Positions 16,646-25,070 of a stretch of DNA of 32,000 nucleotides are shown one piece after another. The notes below the pieces were generated by a model, which saw only the letters and a list, made by a program, of their open reading frames with translations, did not search any database and was not told the origin of the DNA. The DNA is taken from assembly GCA_937907055.1 (NCBI GenBank), contig CALCTW010000005.1, positions 1 through 32,000 on the forward strand. The letters are read 5' to 3'. Position numbers and translations under genes: made by a program. The DNA comes from an uncultured Clostridia bacterium. GTDB taxonomy: Bacteria; Bacillota; Clostridia; Christensenellales; Aristaeellaceae. How positions within the stretch are numbered: position 1 is the stretch's first letter; each line of letters begins with the position of its first letter.

Positions 16646-18085
16646 TTAATCGATCGGATATACCCCACGCTTCGGCGGATTACACTTGGTGCAGGGACGA
16701 AGTGAAGAGAAGGCGGATTCGTTCAGCTGACGGTATTCAAAAGGAGAAAGCGGCAGGTAACGGGAAGCGACAGAAGCGCAGTTTTCCGTACTGTGATAGT
16801 ATTTGCCGCCGGTGGGATTATAGTAAAGGGTCGGATTCTGCGCTTTGATGATGCAAAGCGGACACGGCTGCAGATCGGCAAAAGCAGGCTCCTGTAAACA
16901 GGTGATCCGCGCCGGCAGCAGGGGCCAGAATTCCGGATCCAGCAGAGAACAGCACGGATCCTGATGATAATATGCGCCGTCGATCGTTTCAAGATAGATG
17001 ATCTGTTCCGGAGAGGTGTTTTCGGTGAGTGTACGATATGTTTCCGGGCGGAGCAGCGGAACACAGGTGGCGCAGGGGGTAAGGTTGCGGTAAGGATCCT
17101 GTAAAAGATCATAGTAATTGATCGGGACGAGCGGCAGATATCGGGAGGCAACGGCAGTGCAGGTATCATATTTGTGATAGGTTTTCCCGCCGGCGGAATT
17201 GACATAAACCGTGCTGTCATTGGCAGGAAGGGCAAGGCTGCGCCCCGGGCTGTCCTCCCAGATGACGAGGCGGCTCGTCATGCGGCGGTTATTCCAGAGC
17301 CAGGTCATATTGACCCCTTCGGCGTTGGGCTTGCGCTGTACACGAATACAGCCGTGACTGGCCCGTGTTCCCAGCGCTTTTTCACAGGTGTCAAAATCAA
17401 TATAGTCATCCCTCACGATATAGGGGACCTGATGCAGAATATCACCACGATTGAAACGCAGACCCATTTCGCAGACAAGATTGTCACTGTTGAAATCACC
17501 GACAGGGGAACAGATGATAAAATCACCGCTCATGGTCTCGTTGTACAGTTTGCCTTTGGAGGGGATACCGGTGGAGCAGAGCAGCGTGGAGAAAAGCTTG
17601 CCGTCCACGAAGATATAGATGCGCTGTGTCATTTTATCGATCACAAGCGCGTATTTTTCATTATTCGGGGTGACTTCTTTCAGATATTTGCTCTCGACGT
17701 AGCCGGTCACCAGCTGATTATAGGCCTTAACGGAAGAATCGGAAAAGGAAGAGGAACGAAGCTCGATCTTGGTCCAGCCGTTACTGAGTGTTTCCAATAC
17801 ATGAACGCCCTGAGAGGCATAGGTGCAATCGGCGATTGCCCTGGAAGTCTTTGAAGGCTCGGCGCGTACCAGATACTGGTCCTTCTGGTTGCCGTCCAAT
17901 ACAGTGAGCGGCGAGCAGAGCATCTTCCATACGGCTTCTGTATCATCGATATCCATGGGCGTACACCAATAACAACCTTCCCTGCCGCATTTCTGCGTAC
18001 CGGGGCAGGGCTGTTCCGCCAGCGCGGAGACGGATAAAAGAAGAAGGATCAAAAGCACGGAAAAATACAGAATAGCTTTTTTCAT
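16646..18085 (-). CDS. secreted L,D-transpeptidase (YkuD family) with an SH3b-like domain and three C-terminal H/C3 modules
   Basis: Signal peptide MKKAILYFSVLLILLLLSVSALA, Cys-rich stretch CPGTQKCGREGCYWC, SH3b-like region (YLVRAEPSKTSRAI...GWTKIEL) and YkuD catalytic motif RASHGCIRV (Cys codon 17348-17350). Three ~52-aa modules follow at 17057-17212, 16850-17002 and 16673-16831. Confidence 0.85.
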   Translation of the reverse strand: MKKAILYFSVLLILLLLSVSALAEQPCPGTQKCGREGCYWCTPMDIDDTEAVWKMLCSPLTVLDGNQKDQYLVRAEPSKTSRAIADCTYASQGVHVLETLSNGWTKIELRSSSFSDSSVKAYNQLVTGYVESKYLKEVTPNNEKYALVIDKMTQRIYIFVDGKLFSTLLCSTGIPSKGKLYNETMSGDFIICSPVGDFNSDNLVCEMGLRFNRGDILHQVPYIVRDDYIDFDTCEKALGTRASHGCIRVQRKPNAEGVNMTWLWNNRRMTSRLVIWEDSPGRSLALPANDSTVYVNSAGGKTYHKYDTCTAVASRYLPLVPINYYDLLQDPYRNLTPCATCVPLLRPETYRTLTENTSPEQIIYLETIDGAYYHQDPCCSLLDPEFWPLLPARITCLQEPAFADLQPCPLCIIKAQNPTLYYNPTGGKYYHSTENCASVASRYLPLSPFEYRQLNESAFSSLRPCTKCNPPKRGVYPID

Positions 18086-18110
18086 GGACGGCTCCTTTCC
18101 AACAGGAAAA

Positions 18111-18138
18111 ATTATAACATAGATCGAACGGCATTCAA
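18111..18138 (-). promoter_or_regulatory. candidate sigma-A promoter for the L,D-transpeptidase gene
   Basis: Minus strand: TTGAAT (18138-18133), 16-nt spacer, TATAAT (18116-18111) preceded by TGT (extended -10). An AAAGGAG RBS precedes ATG 18085. Confidence 0.55.
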
Positions 18139-18260
18139 ATAGGCATCCGCCTTTAAATATGTAAAAACAGAGAAATACCGCGAAAAAATACCGGATTACA
18201 CCTGAGATGTGAACGTATACAGCCGGAAATATAAATAGTTAAATGTTTTACTATTAAACG

Positions 18261-18290
18261 ATTGACAATCAAAAACGGGGTGATATAATG
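18261..18290 (+). promoter_or_regulatory. sigma-A promoter for the marR-ABC operon with an overlapping palindrome (candidate MarR operator)
   Basis: TTGACA (18263-18268), 16-nt spacer, TATAAT (18285-18290) with TG at 18282-18283. The 11-bp palindrome GATTGACAATC (18261-18271) covers the -35 element. Confidence 0.6.
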
Positions 18291-18314
18291 GGCAAGGTGT
18301 CAGGAGGATGATGC

Positions 18315-18809
18315 ATGGAACACTGGGAATTGGCGGCTGCGATCCGCCGTTTGGAACTGATGCGTAAGATCCGTGTACGCAAGGCGCTGGCCGAGAATGA
18401 CCAGCATCCGGGTCAGACGCCGCTGATGCATTATATCATGGACCATGATGGATGCAGTCAGCGTGAGGTGGCAGAAGAACTGGCGATCACACCGGCTTCT
18501 GTTGCCACCAGCCTGAAGAGACTGGAGAAAAAGGGATGGATCATCCGGAAGATGGATGATCATGACTGCAGAAAGAATACGCTTTCACTGACAGAGCAGG
18601 GACGTGATGTGTTGCTGAAGGGGGAAACGGTATTCGAGCAGTTGGATGAGCAGATGCTGCAAGGGATCAGCGAAGAGGAACTCATCCTTTACAAAAAACT
18701 ATGCGACCGTATGTTCGAAAACCTCGCGGACGACTCGACCCGCGATCTGAATCTGATCAGACTGCAAAGGGCGGCAGAGGATACGGAAAAGATAGAAAAG
18801 GAGGAATAA
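18315..18809 (+). CDS. MarR-family transcriptional regulator
   Basis: Winged-HTH core SQREVAEELAITPASVATSLKRLEKKGWIIRKMDDHDCRKNTLSLTEQG. GGAGG (18303-18307) lies 7 nt before the ATG. Confidence 0.88.
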   Translation: MEHWELAAAIRRLELMRKIRVRKALAENDQHPGQTPLMHYIMDHDGCSQREVAEELAITPASVATSLKRLEKKGWIIRKMDDHDCRKNTLSLTEQGRDVLLKGETVFEQLDEQMLQGISEEELILYKKLCDRMFENLADDSTRDLNLIRLQRAAEDTEKIEKEE

Positions 18810-18811
18810 CG

Positions 18812-20554
18812 GTGGAATACTTAAGAATCCTGAAGCGGTTTGCCGGCAAGTATACCTGGGCACTCATCTGCTGCCCGTTGGTCATGATCGGCGAAGTGGT
18901 GATGGAGACTCTGATCCCAAGGCAGATGACAGAACTGATCGATAACATTATTCCCGGCGCGGCGGAAAGCGGTAATGTCAGCGGTGTGCTGGTGTGCGGT
19001 CTGATCATGGTCGCGTTTTCACTGGTCAGTATGGCGTTCGGTATGGCCGGCTCCCGACTTGGCGCGATCGGCGGTATGGGCTTCGCGGCCAATCTGCGCA
19101 GCGCGCTGTTTGGGAAAGTGCAGACGTTTTCATTCAAGAACATCGATAAGTTCAGCACTTCTTCGATCGTTACGCGTCTGACGACTGATGTGAGCCAGCT
19201 GCAGAATACGACGATCATGATGATCAAGATGGCGTTCCGTGCGCCCTTCCAGATGATCTGCGCGCTGGTGATGGCATTGACGATCAGCCCCACATTGTCT
19301 CTGGTGATGGTGGTCTCGATCCCGATCCTTGTGATTGGTCTGGCGCTGATCATGAAGTCAGCCCATCCCAGATTCCGCGCGATGCTGGATAAGTATGACG
19401 CGCTGAACGGTTCTGTGCAGGAAAATCTGATCGCCATCCGGGTGGTAAAGGCATTTGTGCGCAGTAAGCATGAGAAAGAAAAGTTTGAGATCAGTGCCGA
19501 TGATGTGATGAACGCGCAGCGCAGCGCGGAAAAGATCGTGCTGCTGAACAGCCCGCTGATGCAGATCGTGATGTACAGCAGCATCTGCGCGGTTCTGTTC
19601 TTCGGCGGTACGCTGATCTTTGGCGGTGACCTGAAGGTGGGACAGCTGTCCGCGTTTATCACCTACATTACGCAGGTACTGTTCAGCCTGATGATGCTCT
19701 CTTTCCTGTTTATCAGTTTTGTAATGACCAAGGCCAGCTGCGCCCGTGTGAATGAGGTGCTGAAGGAAGAAGCTGACATCACGAGCCCTGAACATGGCTG
19801 CACCGAGATCGAAGACGGCTCGATCGTGTTTGATCATGTCAACTTCAACTATCAGGGCGAAAAGAGCAATTATGTGCTGCAGGACATCAATCTGCGCATC
19901 GAGAGCGGCGAGACGATCGGCGTGATCGGCGCGACCGGCAGCGCGAAAACAACCCTGGTTTCTCTGATCCCACGTTTGTATGATGTGACAGAGGGAAAGG
20001 TGCTGGTCGGCGGACGCGATGTGCGGGATTATGACCTGCATGCCTTGCGTGATAAGGTGTCCATGGTCCTTCAGAAGAATGTGCTTTTCTCCGGCTCCAT
20101 TGCCGAGAATCTGCGCTGGGGCGACGCGGAGGCGACGGATGAAGAGGTTACCGAGGCCTGCAAGATCGCGTCGGCGGATGGATTTGTCCGTTCCTTCCCT
20201 GATGGCTATCAGATGGACCTGGGACAGGGCGGCGTCAATGTATCCGGCGGTCAGAAGCAGAGGCTTTGTATCGCACGGGCTTTGCTGAAGAAGCCCAAGA
20301 TCATGATCCTGGATGACGCGACAAGCGCTGTGGATACCGCGACGGACGCTTCCATCCGTTCCGCTCTGCGTACACAGATGAGCGGAACGACGACCATCAT
20401 CATTGCCCAGCGTATTGCTTCCGTTAAGGACGCGGACCGGATCCTGGTGCTGGATGACGGAAGGATCGCCGATATCGGAACACATGATGAACTGATGGCA
20501 CGCTGTGATATTTATCGCGAAGTGTATGAATCCCAGCAGAAAGGAGCTGAGTAA
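18812..20554 (+). CDS. ABC exporter permease/ATPase subunit 1 (degenerate nucleotide-binding site)
   Basis: I prefer GTG 18812 (AAGGAGGA at 18798-18805) over the ORF-track start at 18701, which overlaps marR. Six-TM exporter domain plus NBD: Walker A GATGSAKT, signature VSGGQ, Walker B ILDDATSAVD (Asp in place of the catalytic Glu) and H-loop IIAQR (Gln in place of His). Confidence 0.9.
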   Translation: MEYLRILKRFAGKYTWALICCPLVMIGEVVMETLIPRQMTELIDNIIPGAAESGNVSGVLVCGLIMVAFSLVSMAFGMAGSRLGAIGGMGFAANLRSALFGKVQTFSFKNIDKFSTSSIVTRLTTDVSQLQNTTIMMIKMAFRAPFQMICALVMALTISPTLSLVMVVSIPILVIGLALIMKSAHPRFRAMLDKYDALNGSVQENLIAIRVVKAFVRSKHEKEKFEISADDVMNAQRSAEKIVLLNSPLMQIVMYSSICAVLFFGGTLIFGGDLKVGQLSAFITYITQVLFSLMMLSFLFISFVMTKASCARVNEVLKEEADITSPEHGCTEIEDGSIVFDHVNFNYQGEKSNYVLQDINLRIESGETIGVIGATGSAKTTLVSLIPRLYDVTEGKVLVGGRDVRDYDLHALRDKVSMVLQKNVLFSGSIAENLRWGDAEATDEEVTEACKIASADGFVRSFPDGYQMDLGQGGVNVSGGQKQRLCIARALLKKPKIMILDDATSAVDTATDASIRSALRTQMSGTTTIIIAQRIASVKDADRILVLDDGRIADIGTHDELMARCDIYREVYESQQKGAE

Positions 20555-20556
20555 GA

Positions 20557-22464
20557 ATGCCTCCGCAAAGAATGCGCGGAAACGCGAAGCCCAAGGATAC
20601 AAAAGCTTCTATGCGCCGGGTGATGCAGTATCTGAAACCGTTTAAGGCGCAGCTGGTTCTGGTTGCTTTCTGCATTCTGATCAGCACGGCTACAAGTACC
20701 GCGGGTACTTATCTGCTCAGGAATGTGATCAACGAGTTCCTTGAAGTCACCGGTCAACACTGGCAGGACATCGGCGCGCTCGGACAATTCGTGCTGGCCA
20801 TGCTGCTCATGTATGCCGCCGGCGCGATGAGCACGTTCATTTACAGTCAGGTGATGATGCGTGTAAGCACCAAAGCGCTGAACACAGTCCGCAAGGATAT
20901 GTTCGATCATATGGAGGATCTGCCGATCGCGTATTTTGATCGACATACGCACGGCGAGATCATGAGCCATTATACCAACGATACCGATACCCTGCGCGAG
21001 TTTATGTCGCAGACCCTGCCGCAGGTGTTCACTTCTGTCTTTACGATCATCTTTGCCGCGTTCTTCATGATCTCCCTGAACGGGTGGCTGATGATCCTGG
21101 TGCTCATTCTGATGCCGATCATGATGTTCCTCACGGCGAAGATCGGTAAGATGTCGGGTAAGAACTTCGTTTCTCAGCAGAAGGCGATCGGCCGGATCAA
21201 TGGTTATATCGAGGAGACGATCTCCGGCCAGCGTGTTGTGCAGGTGTTCTGCCATGAAGAGAAGGCGATGGAGGACTTTGAACGCTACAACGAAGAAGTG
21301 CGTCAGGCCGGTACACGCGCCAATACTTTCGCCAGTATCCTGGGACCGATCATGAATAACCTGAGCCACTTCTATTATGTGATAACCGCGCTGGTCGGCG
21401 CGATCATGGTGGTTGTCGGAAGGACGAACCCCGGCAGTGTTTTCGCGACAGATGTCGGTACCCTGATCAGCTTCCTGACATTCACCCGTACCTTCTCGCA
21501 GCCTATCAGCAACCTGGCGCAGCAGATGAATACGGTGATGCTGGCCCTTGCCGGCGCGGAGCGCATCTTTGAGATGATGGACGAACAGCCGGAAGAAGAT
21601 GAAGGGTATGTGACGCTGGTCAACGCGCGGAAGGATGAAAACGGCAACATTACGGAATGCGAAGAACACACCGGGATCTGGGCGTGGAAGCATCCGCACA
21701 ATGAGAGCGGCACTGTTACCTACACGGAGCTGAAGGGCGATGTGCAGCTGGAGGGTGTCAATTTCGGTTATGTGCCGGAAAAGATAGTGTTGAAGAATGT
21801 ATCCCTCTACGCGCGTCCCGGTGAGAAGATCGCTTTTGTCGGTTCTACGGGCGCGGGAAAGACAACGATCACAAACCTGATCAATCGTTTTTACGATATT
21901 CAGGAAGGTAAGATCCGCTACGACGGTATCAATATCACCAAGATCAAAAAAGATGATCTGCGCAGATCCCTGGCGATGGTATTGCAGGATACGCATCTGT
22001 TTACCGGTACTGTACGGGATAACATCCGCTATGGTAAACTGGACGCGACGGAGGAGGAGATCCAGCGCGCGGCGAAGATCGCCAATGCCGATTTCTTTAT
22101 CAGCCATCTGCCCAACGGCTATGACACGATGCTGACCAATGACGGCGCGAATCTTTCTCAGGGACAGCGTCAGCTGCTGGCAATTGCCCGCGCGGCGGTT
22201 GCCGATCCTCCTGTGCTGATCCTGGATGAAGCGACTTCTTCCATCGATACCCGTACGGAAGCGCTGATCGAGAAGGGCATGGACGGCCTGATGAACGGGC
22301 GTACTGTGTTTGTCATTGCCCACAGGCTTTCCACGGTGCGCAACAGCGAGGCCATCATGGTGCTGGAAAATGGCGAGATCATTGAGCGCGGCAATCACGA
22401 GACCCTGATCGAACAGAAGGGAAAGTATTATCAGCTTTACACCGGTATGTTCGAGCTTTCCTGA
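20557..22464 (+). CDS. ABC exporter permease/ATPase subunit 2 (consensus catalytic residues, atypical signature)
   Basis: Starts 3 nt after subunit 1. Walker A GSTGAGKT, Walker B LILDEATSSID with the catalytic Glu, H-loop VIAHR, and signature LSQGQ instead of LSGGQ. Confidence 0.9.
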   Translation: MPPQRMRGNAKPKDTKASMRRVMQYLKPFKAQLVLVAFCILISTATSTAGTYLLRNVINEFLEVTGQHWQDIGALGQFVLAMLLMYAAGAMSTFIYSQVMMRVSTKALNTVRKDMFDHMEDLPIAYFDRHTHGEIMSHYTNDTDTLREFMSQTLPQVFTSVFTIIFAAFFMISLNGWLMILVLILMPIMMFLTAKIGKMSGKNFVSQQKAIGRINGYIEETISGQRVVQVFCHEEKAMEDFERYNEEVRQAGTRANTFASILGPIMNNLSHFYYVITALVGAIMVVVGRTNPGSVFATDVGTLISFLTFTRTFSQPISNLAQQMNTVMLALAGAERIFEMMDEQPEEDEGYVTLVNARKDENGNITECEEHTGIWAWKHPHNESGTVTYTELKGDVQLEGVNFGYVPEKIVLKNVSLYARPGEKIAFVGSTGAGKTTITNLINRFYDIQEGKIRYDGINITKIKKDDLRRSLAMVLQDTHLFTGTVRDNIRYGKLDATEEEIQRAAKIANADFFISHLPNGYDTMLTNDGANLSQGQRQLLAIARAAVADPPVLILDEATSSIDTRTEALIEKGMDGLMNGRTVFVIAHRLSTVRNSEAIMVLENGEIIERGNHETLIEQKGKYYQLYTGMFELS

Positions 22465-22479
22465 GTATCAAATAGATGA

Positions 22480-22512
22480 CGGTCACGGCCCGGAAAAGCC
22501 GGGCTGTGACCG
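22480..22512 (+). other. strong 14-bp hairpin without a U-tract between the ABC operon and the helicase gene
   Basis: CGGTCACGGCCCGG (22480-22493) pairs with CCGGGCTGTGACCG (22499-22512), with one G-U pair and an AAAAG loop. No T-run follows. Confidence 0.45.
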
Positions 22513-22525
22513 GTCCGGAGTTATT

Positions 22526-23701
22526 ATGAACGAGAATGAATGCAGATTTGACAGCCTTGATCTCTCGGATGAGATCATGAAGGCCATCGGGAAGATGGGC
22601 TTCAGAACTGCTACAGCAGTGCAGAAGGAAACGATCCCCGTGATGATGGATGGTCACGATGTGATCGCGATCGCCCCGACCGGAACCGGTAAAACGCTGG
22701 CCTTCGGCATCCCCATGCTGGAATATATCCGGCTTGAAGGGGAGGAGGTGCAGGAACTGGTACTGGCGCCGACACGTGAACTGGCATGCCAGATCGCGGA
22801 GGAACTGCGTCATCTGGCGCAGTATATCCCGCAGATCCGGATCTCCGTTCTTTATGGCGGTCAGGCGATCAGCACACAGATCAGCCAGCTGAAAAAGAAA
22901 CCGCAGATCGTTGTGGCTACGCCGGGAAGAATTCTTGACCATATCAAACGCGGAAATGTGCGGCTGAACGGTGTTCATACGCTGGTACTGGATGAAGCGG
23001 ATGAAATGCTGAACATGGGCTTTATCAAGGATGTGACGACCATTATTGAAAAGGTGCCGCGCAACCGTCAGTTTGTTATGTTCAGCGCTACGACCAACCG
23101 CGATGTGATGACGATCTCCTGGAAGTACCAGCGGAATCCTGTGGAGATCACGATCCAGGCTACGCAGGAGAATAAGCCCAAGATCAAACAGTTCATGATC
23201 AATGCTGAACGCGAAGAAAAGTATGAAGCACTGCTTTACCTGCTTGACAGCGGTGTGTATGGACGGATGATGATCTTCTCCAACACCAAGGATATGTGCC
23301 AGCGCCTCAGCGACAGGCTGAAGAAGGCCGGTTATGAGGCGGAAGCGCTGCACGGAGATATTCCGCAGAGCAAGCGGAATACCATCATGTCCGGCTATAA
23401 GCGCGGTAAATTCCCGATCCTGGTCTGCACGGATGTGGCCGCGCGCGGCATCGACGTGGATGATGTGGAAGCGGTGATCAATTATGATCTGCCCAAGGAG
23501 AATGAATACTATGTGCACAGGATCGGCCGTACGGGACGGGCCAAGAAGCATGGTGTCGCTTTCAGCATGGTGGAATTCCGGGATAAGGTACGTCTGGATG
23601 AGATCGTCAAATATACAGGCATGATGCCGCAGAAACTGGCGTTTGATGATATGGATGTTCTGCGGAATGAAGAAGGAGACGCTTTCTTCAAGAATATCTG
23701 A
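22526..23701 (+). CDS. DEAD-box ATP-dependent RNA helicase
   Basis: Q-motif region, motif I APTGTGKT, motif II LDEADEM, motif III SAT and motif VI HRIGRTGR. Confidence 0.92.
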   Translation: MNENECRFDSLDLSDEIMKAIGKMGFRTATAVQKETIPVMMDGHDVIAIAPTGTGKTLAFGIPMLEYIRLEGEEVQELVLAPTRELACQIAEELRHLAQYIPQIRISVLYGGQAISTQISQLKKKPQIVVATPGRILDHIKRGNVRLNGVHTLVLDEADEMLNMGFIKDVTTIIEKVPRNRQFVMFSATTNRDVMTISWKYQRNPVEITIQATQENKPKIKQFMINAEREEKYEALLYLLDSGVYGRMMIFSNTKDMCQRLSDRLKKAGYEAEALHGDIPQSKRNTIMSGYKRGKFPILVCTDVAARGIDVDDVEAVINYDLPKENEYYVHRIGRTGRAKKHGVAFSMVEFRDKVRLDEIVKYTGMMPQKLAFDDMDVLRNEEGDAFFKNI

Positions 23702-23757
23702 GATCGATGATCTGAAATGTCAGATGAGAATTTAAAAAATAGAATATGGTATGTTAT

Positions 23758-23796
23758 GAACCGCTTTTTCTGATAAATGGAAAGCGGTTCTGTTTA
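23758..23796 (+). terminator. rho-independent terminator after the helicase gene
   Basis: Perfect 10-bp stem GAACCGCTTT (23758-23767) / AAAGCGGTTC (23781-23790), followed by TGTTTA. Confidence 0.7.
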
Positions 23797-23824
23797 TAGT
23801 GCAAAGAAATAGTAATATTAAGGA

Positions 23825-23853
23825 TTGAAAAGCGAAGAAAGAAAAGATATAAT
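23825..23853 (+). promoter_or_regulatory. candidate sigma-A promoter for the membrane protein, zinc-ribbon and uxuA genes
   Basis: TTGAAA (23825-23830), 17-nt spacer, TATAAT (23848-23853). AAGGAGG precedes ATG 23879. Confidence 0.55.
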
Positions 23854-23878
23854 AAAGTATATAAGGAGGCAATCAGAT

Positions 23879-24853
23879 ATGAACAGGAAGATCTCTGTCG
23901 CTCCGATTGTTCTGTGTGCCGTCAGCCTGACAATGCAGGTACTTTCGAACGTTCTTTTTGGGGTTTTCAATATATCGGTCCCCATCACATTAATATTGCT
24001 GTACATGATCCTGCGTAAAGCCAAAGTCAATTGCCGTATTGTGCAGCCGGTGGTTTTTACGGTATGGATGTTGTTCGCGATCATCGCGATGTTCCGTCAA
24101 TCAACGATCTTTCTTGTGTGCTATATCCTTTTATCGCTTCCTCCGGTCATCTGGTTTACGGTGGCGGCTTATACCGGCCTGAATGTGAAGGGCCTTCATG
24201 TTGCCGCTCCGTTGATGATGATCTTCTATGATTTTTTAGTGTTGATCATCGATCTTGCAGTGGTAGGTGTTTATTTTTCTGCCATGATGGTCGTCAGTCT
24301 GTTCTTCAGCATGACGAGTTCAGTTCTGTTTAACATTGCGCTGATGGTTTTTGCGCTGAAGGTTGGATTTATCAGCCCGTTCAGGAAGCAGAGCCCGATG
24401 ATCAATACAGAGGAGACACAGGTATCGGAGACGAACCCCGTCGCTGCTCCTGCCGTCAAAGATGTGAAGCCTTCCTCTCCTGTGCCGGTTGCCGCCGCGG
24501 AAGAGACAGAATGCGAAACCATTCCGAATACCGAAGGTGAATCTGCTCCGGCCGAGAACAACGAAGCAGATACGATCGAAGAAACTGATATGAATCATGA
24601 TGCGCCGGTACTGGATTATCAGGAAAGAGGGAAAAATGAAACCGGCGCGCTCGGGACGATCGGCTATCAGAGCCGTTTGAAGCCTGATGAAAATACGGAG
24701 CGGCCTGTGATGGAATTCGGCGATCCCGGGGATTTGCTGAATGATCCTGTTCATGACCGTTCGCGTATCCAGACATATCAGCAGTATGTTGAGGAAGCCA
24801 ATGTACCTGTGCTTGATCAGGTGAAGAAAAATAACGAAAACCCGGAAGCATAA
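23879..24853 (+). CDS. hypothetical polytopic membrane protein with a long acidic, disordered C-terminal tail
   Basis: I prefer ATG 23879 (MNRKISVAPIVL...). About 5-6 hydrophobic helices in the first ~175 aa, then a ~150-aa E/D/P/T-rich tail. No family recognised. Lower GC than its neighbours by eye. Confidence 0.65.
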   Translation: MNRKISVAPIVLCAVSLTMQVLSNVLFGVFNISVPITLILLYMILRKAKVNCRIVQPVVFTVWMLFAIIAMFRQSTIFLVCYILLSLPPVIWFTVAAYTGLNVKGLHVAAPLMMIFYDFLVLIIDLAVVGVYFSAMMVVSLFFSMTSSVLFNIALMVFALKVGFISPFRKQSPMINTEETQVSETNPVAAPAVKDVKPSSPVPVAAAEETECETIPNTEGESAPAENNEADTIEETDMNHDAPVLDYQERGKNETGALGTIGYQSRLKPDENTERPVMEFGDPGDLLNDPVHDRSRIQTYQQYVEEANVPVLDQVKKNNENPEA

Positions 24854-24875
24854 AGACAGAAAGAAGGGAACGATT

Positions 24876-25067
24876 ATGCGTTGCGGATGCCCGGAATGCG
24901 GAGCGTTTATGATCCATTCCGAAACCTCAAATGATTGTGTCTGCCCGGATTGCCTGTACAGATGTCATGCCTGTCAGGGAACAGGTACGGCGATCAGCCG
25001 GGAAGAAGCCCTGCATCTGCGGGAGATCCTGGGTGAAATGAAAACGAAAGATAATAAGGAGGAATAA
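24876..25067 (+). CDS. small Cys-rich zinc-ribbon protein (63 aa)
   Basis: MRCGCPECGAFM...CVCPDCLYRCHACQGTGT has eight Cys in the first 33 aa, including a CxxCxGxG motif like DnaJ CR-type zinc fingers, followed by a charged helix. Its stop lies 3 nt before the uxuA ATG, and its last codons carry the uxuA RBS (AGGAGG). Confidence 0.55.
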   Translation: MRCGCPECGAFMIHSETSNDCVCPDCLYRCHACQGTGTAISREEALHLREILGEMKTKDNKEE

Positions 25068-25070
25068 CAT

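Noticed and set aside
19358-22398. Two long minus-strand ORFs (414 and 628 aa) opposite the ABC exporter genes
   Set aside because: They are antisense to Walker A, signature and Walker B-containing frames. Antisense-of-ABC translations are a well-known class of spurious ORF.
24876-25067. The 63-aa Cys-rich ORF as a toxin-antitoxin or anti-sigma component
   Set aside because: It has no partner gene of suitable size or type, no HxxxCxxC anti-sigma motif and no sigma factor nearby. It is kept only as an uncharacterised zinc-ribbon micro-protein.
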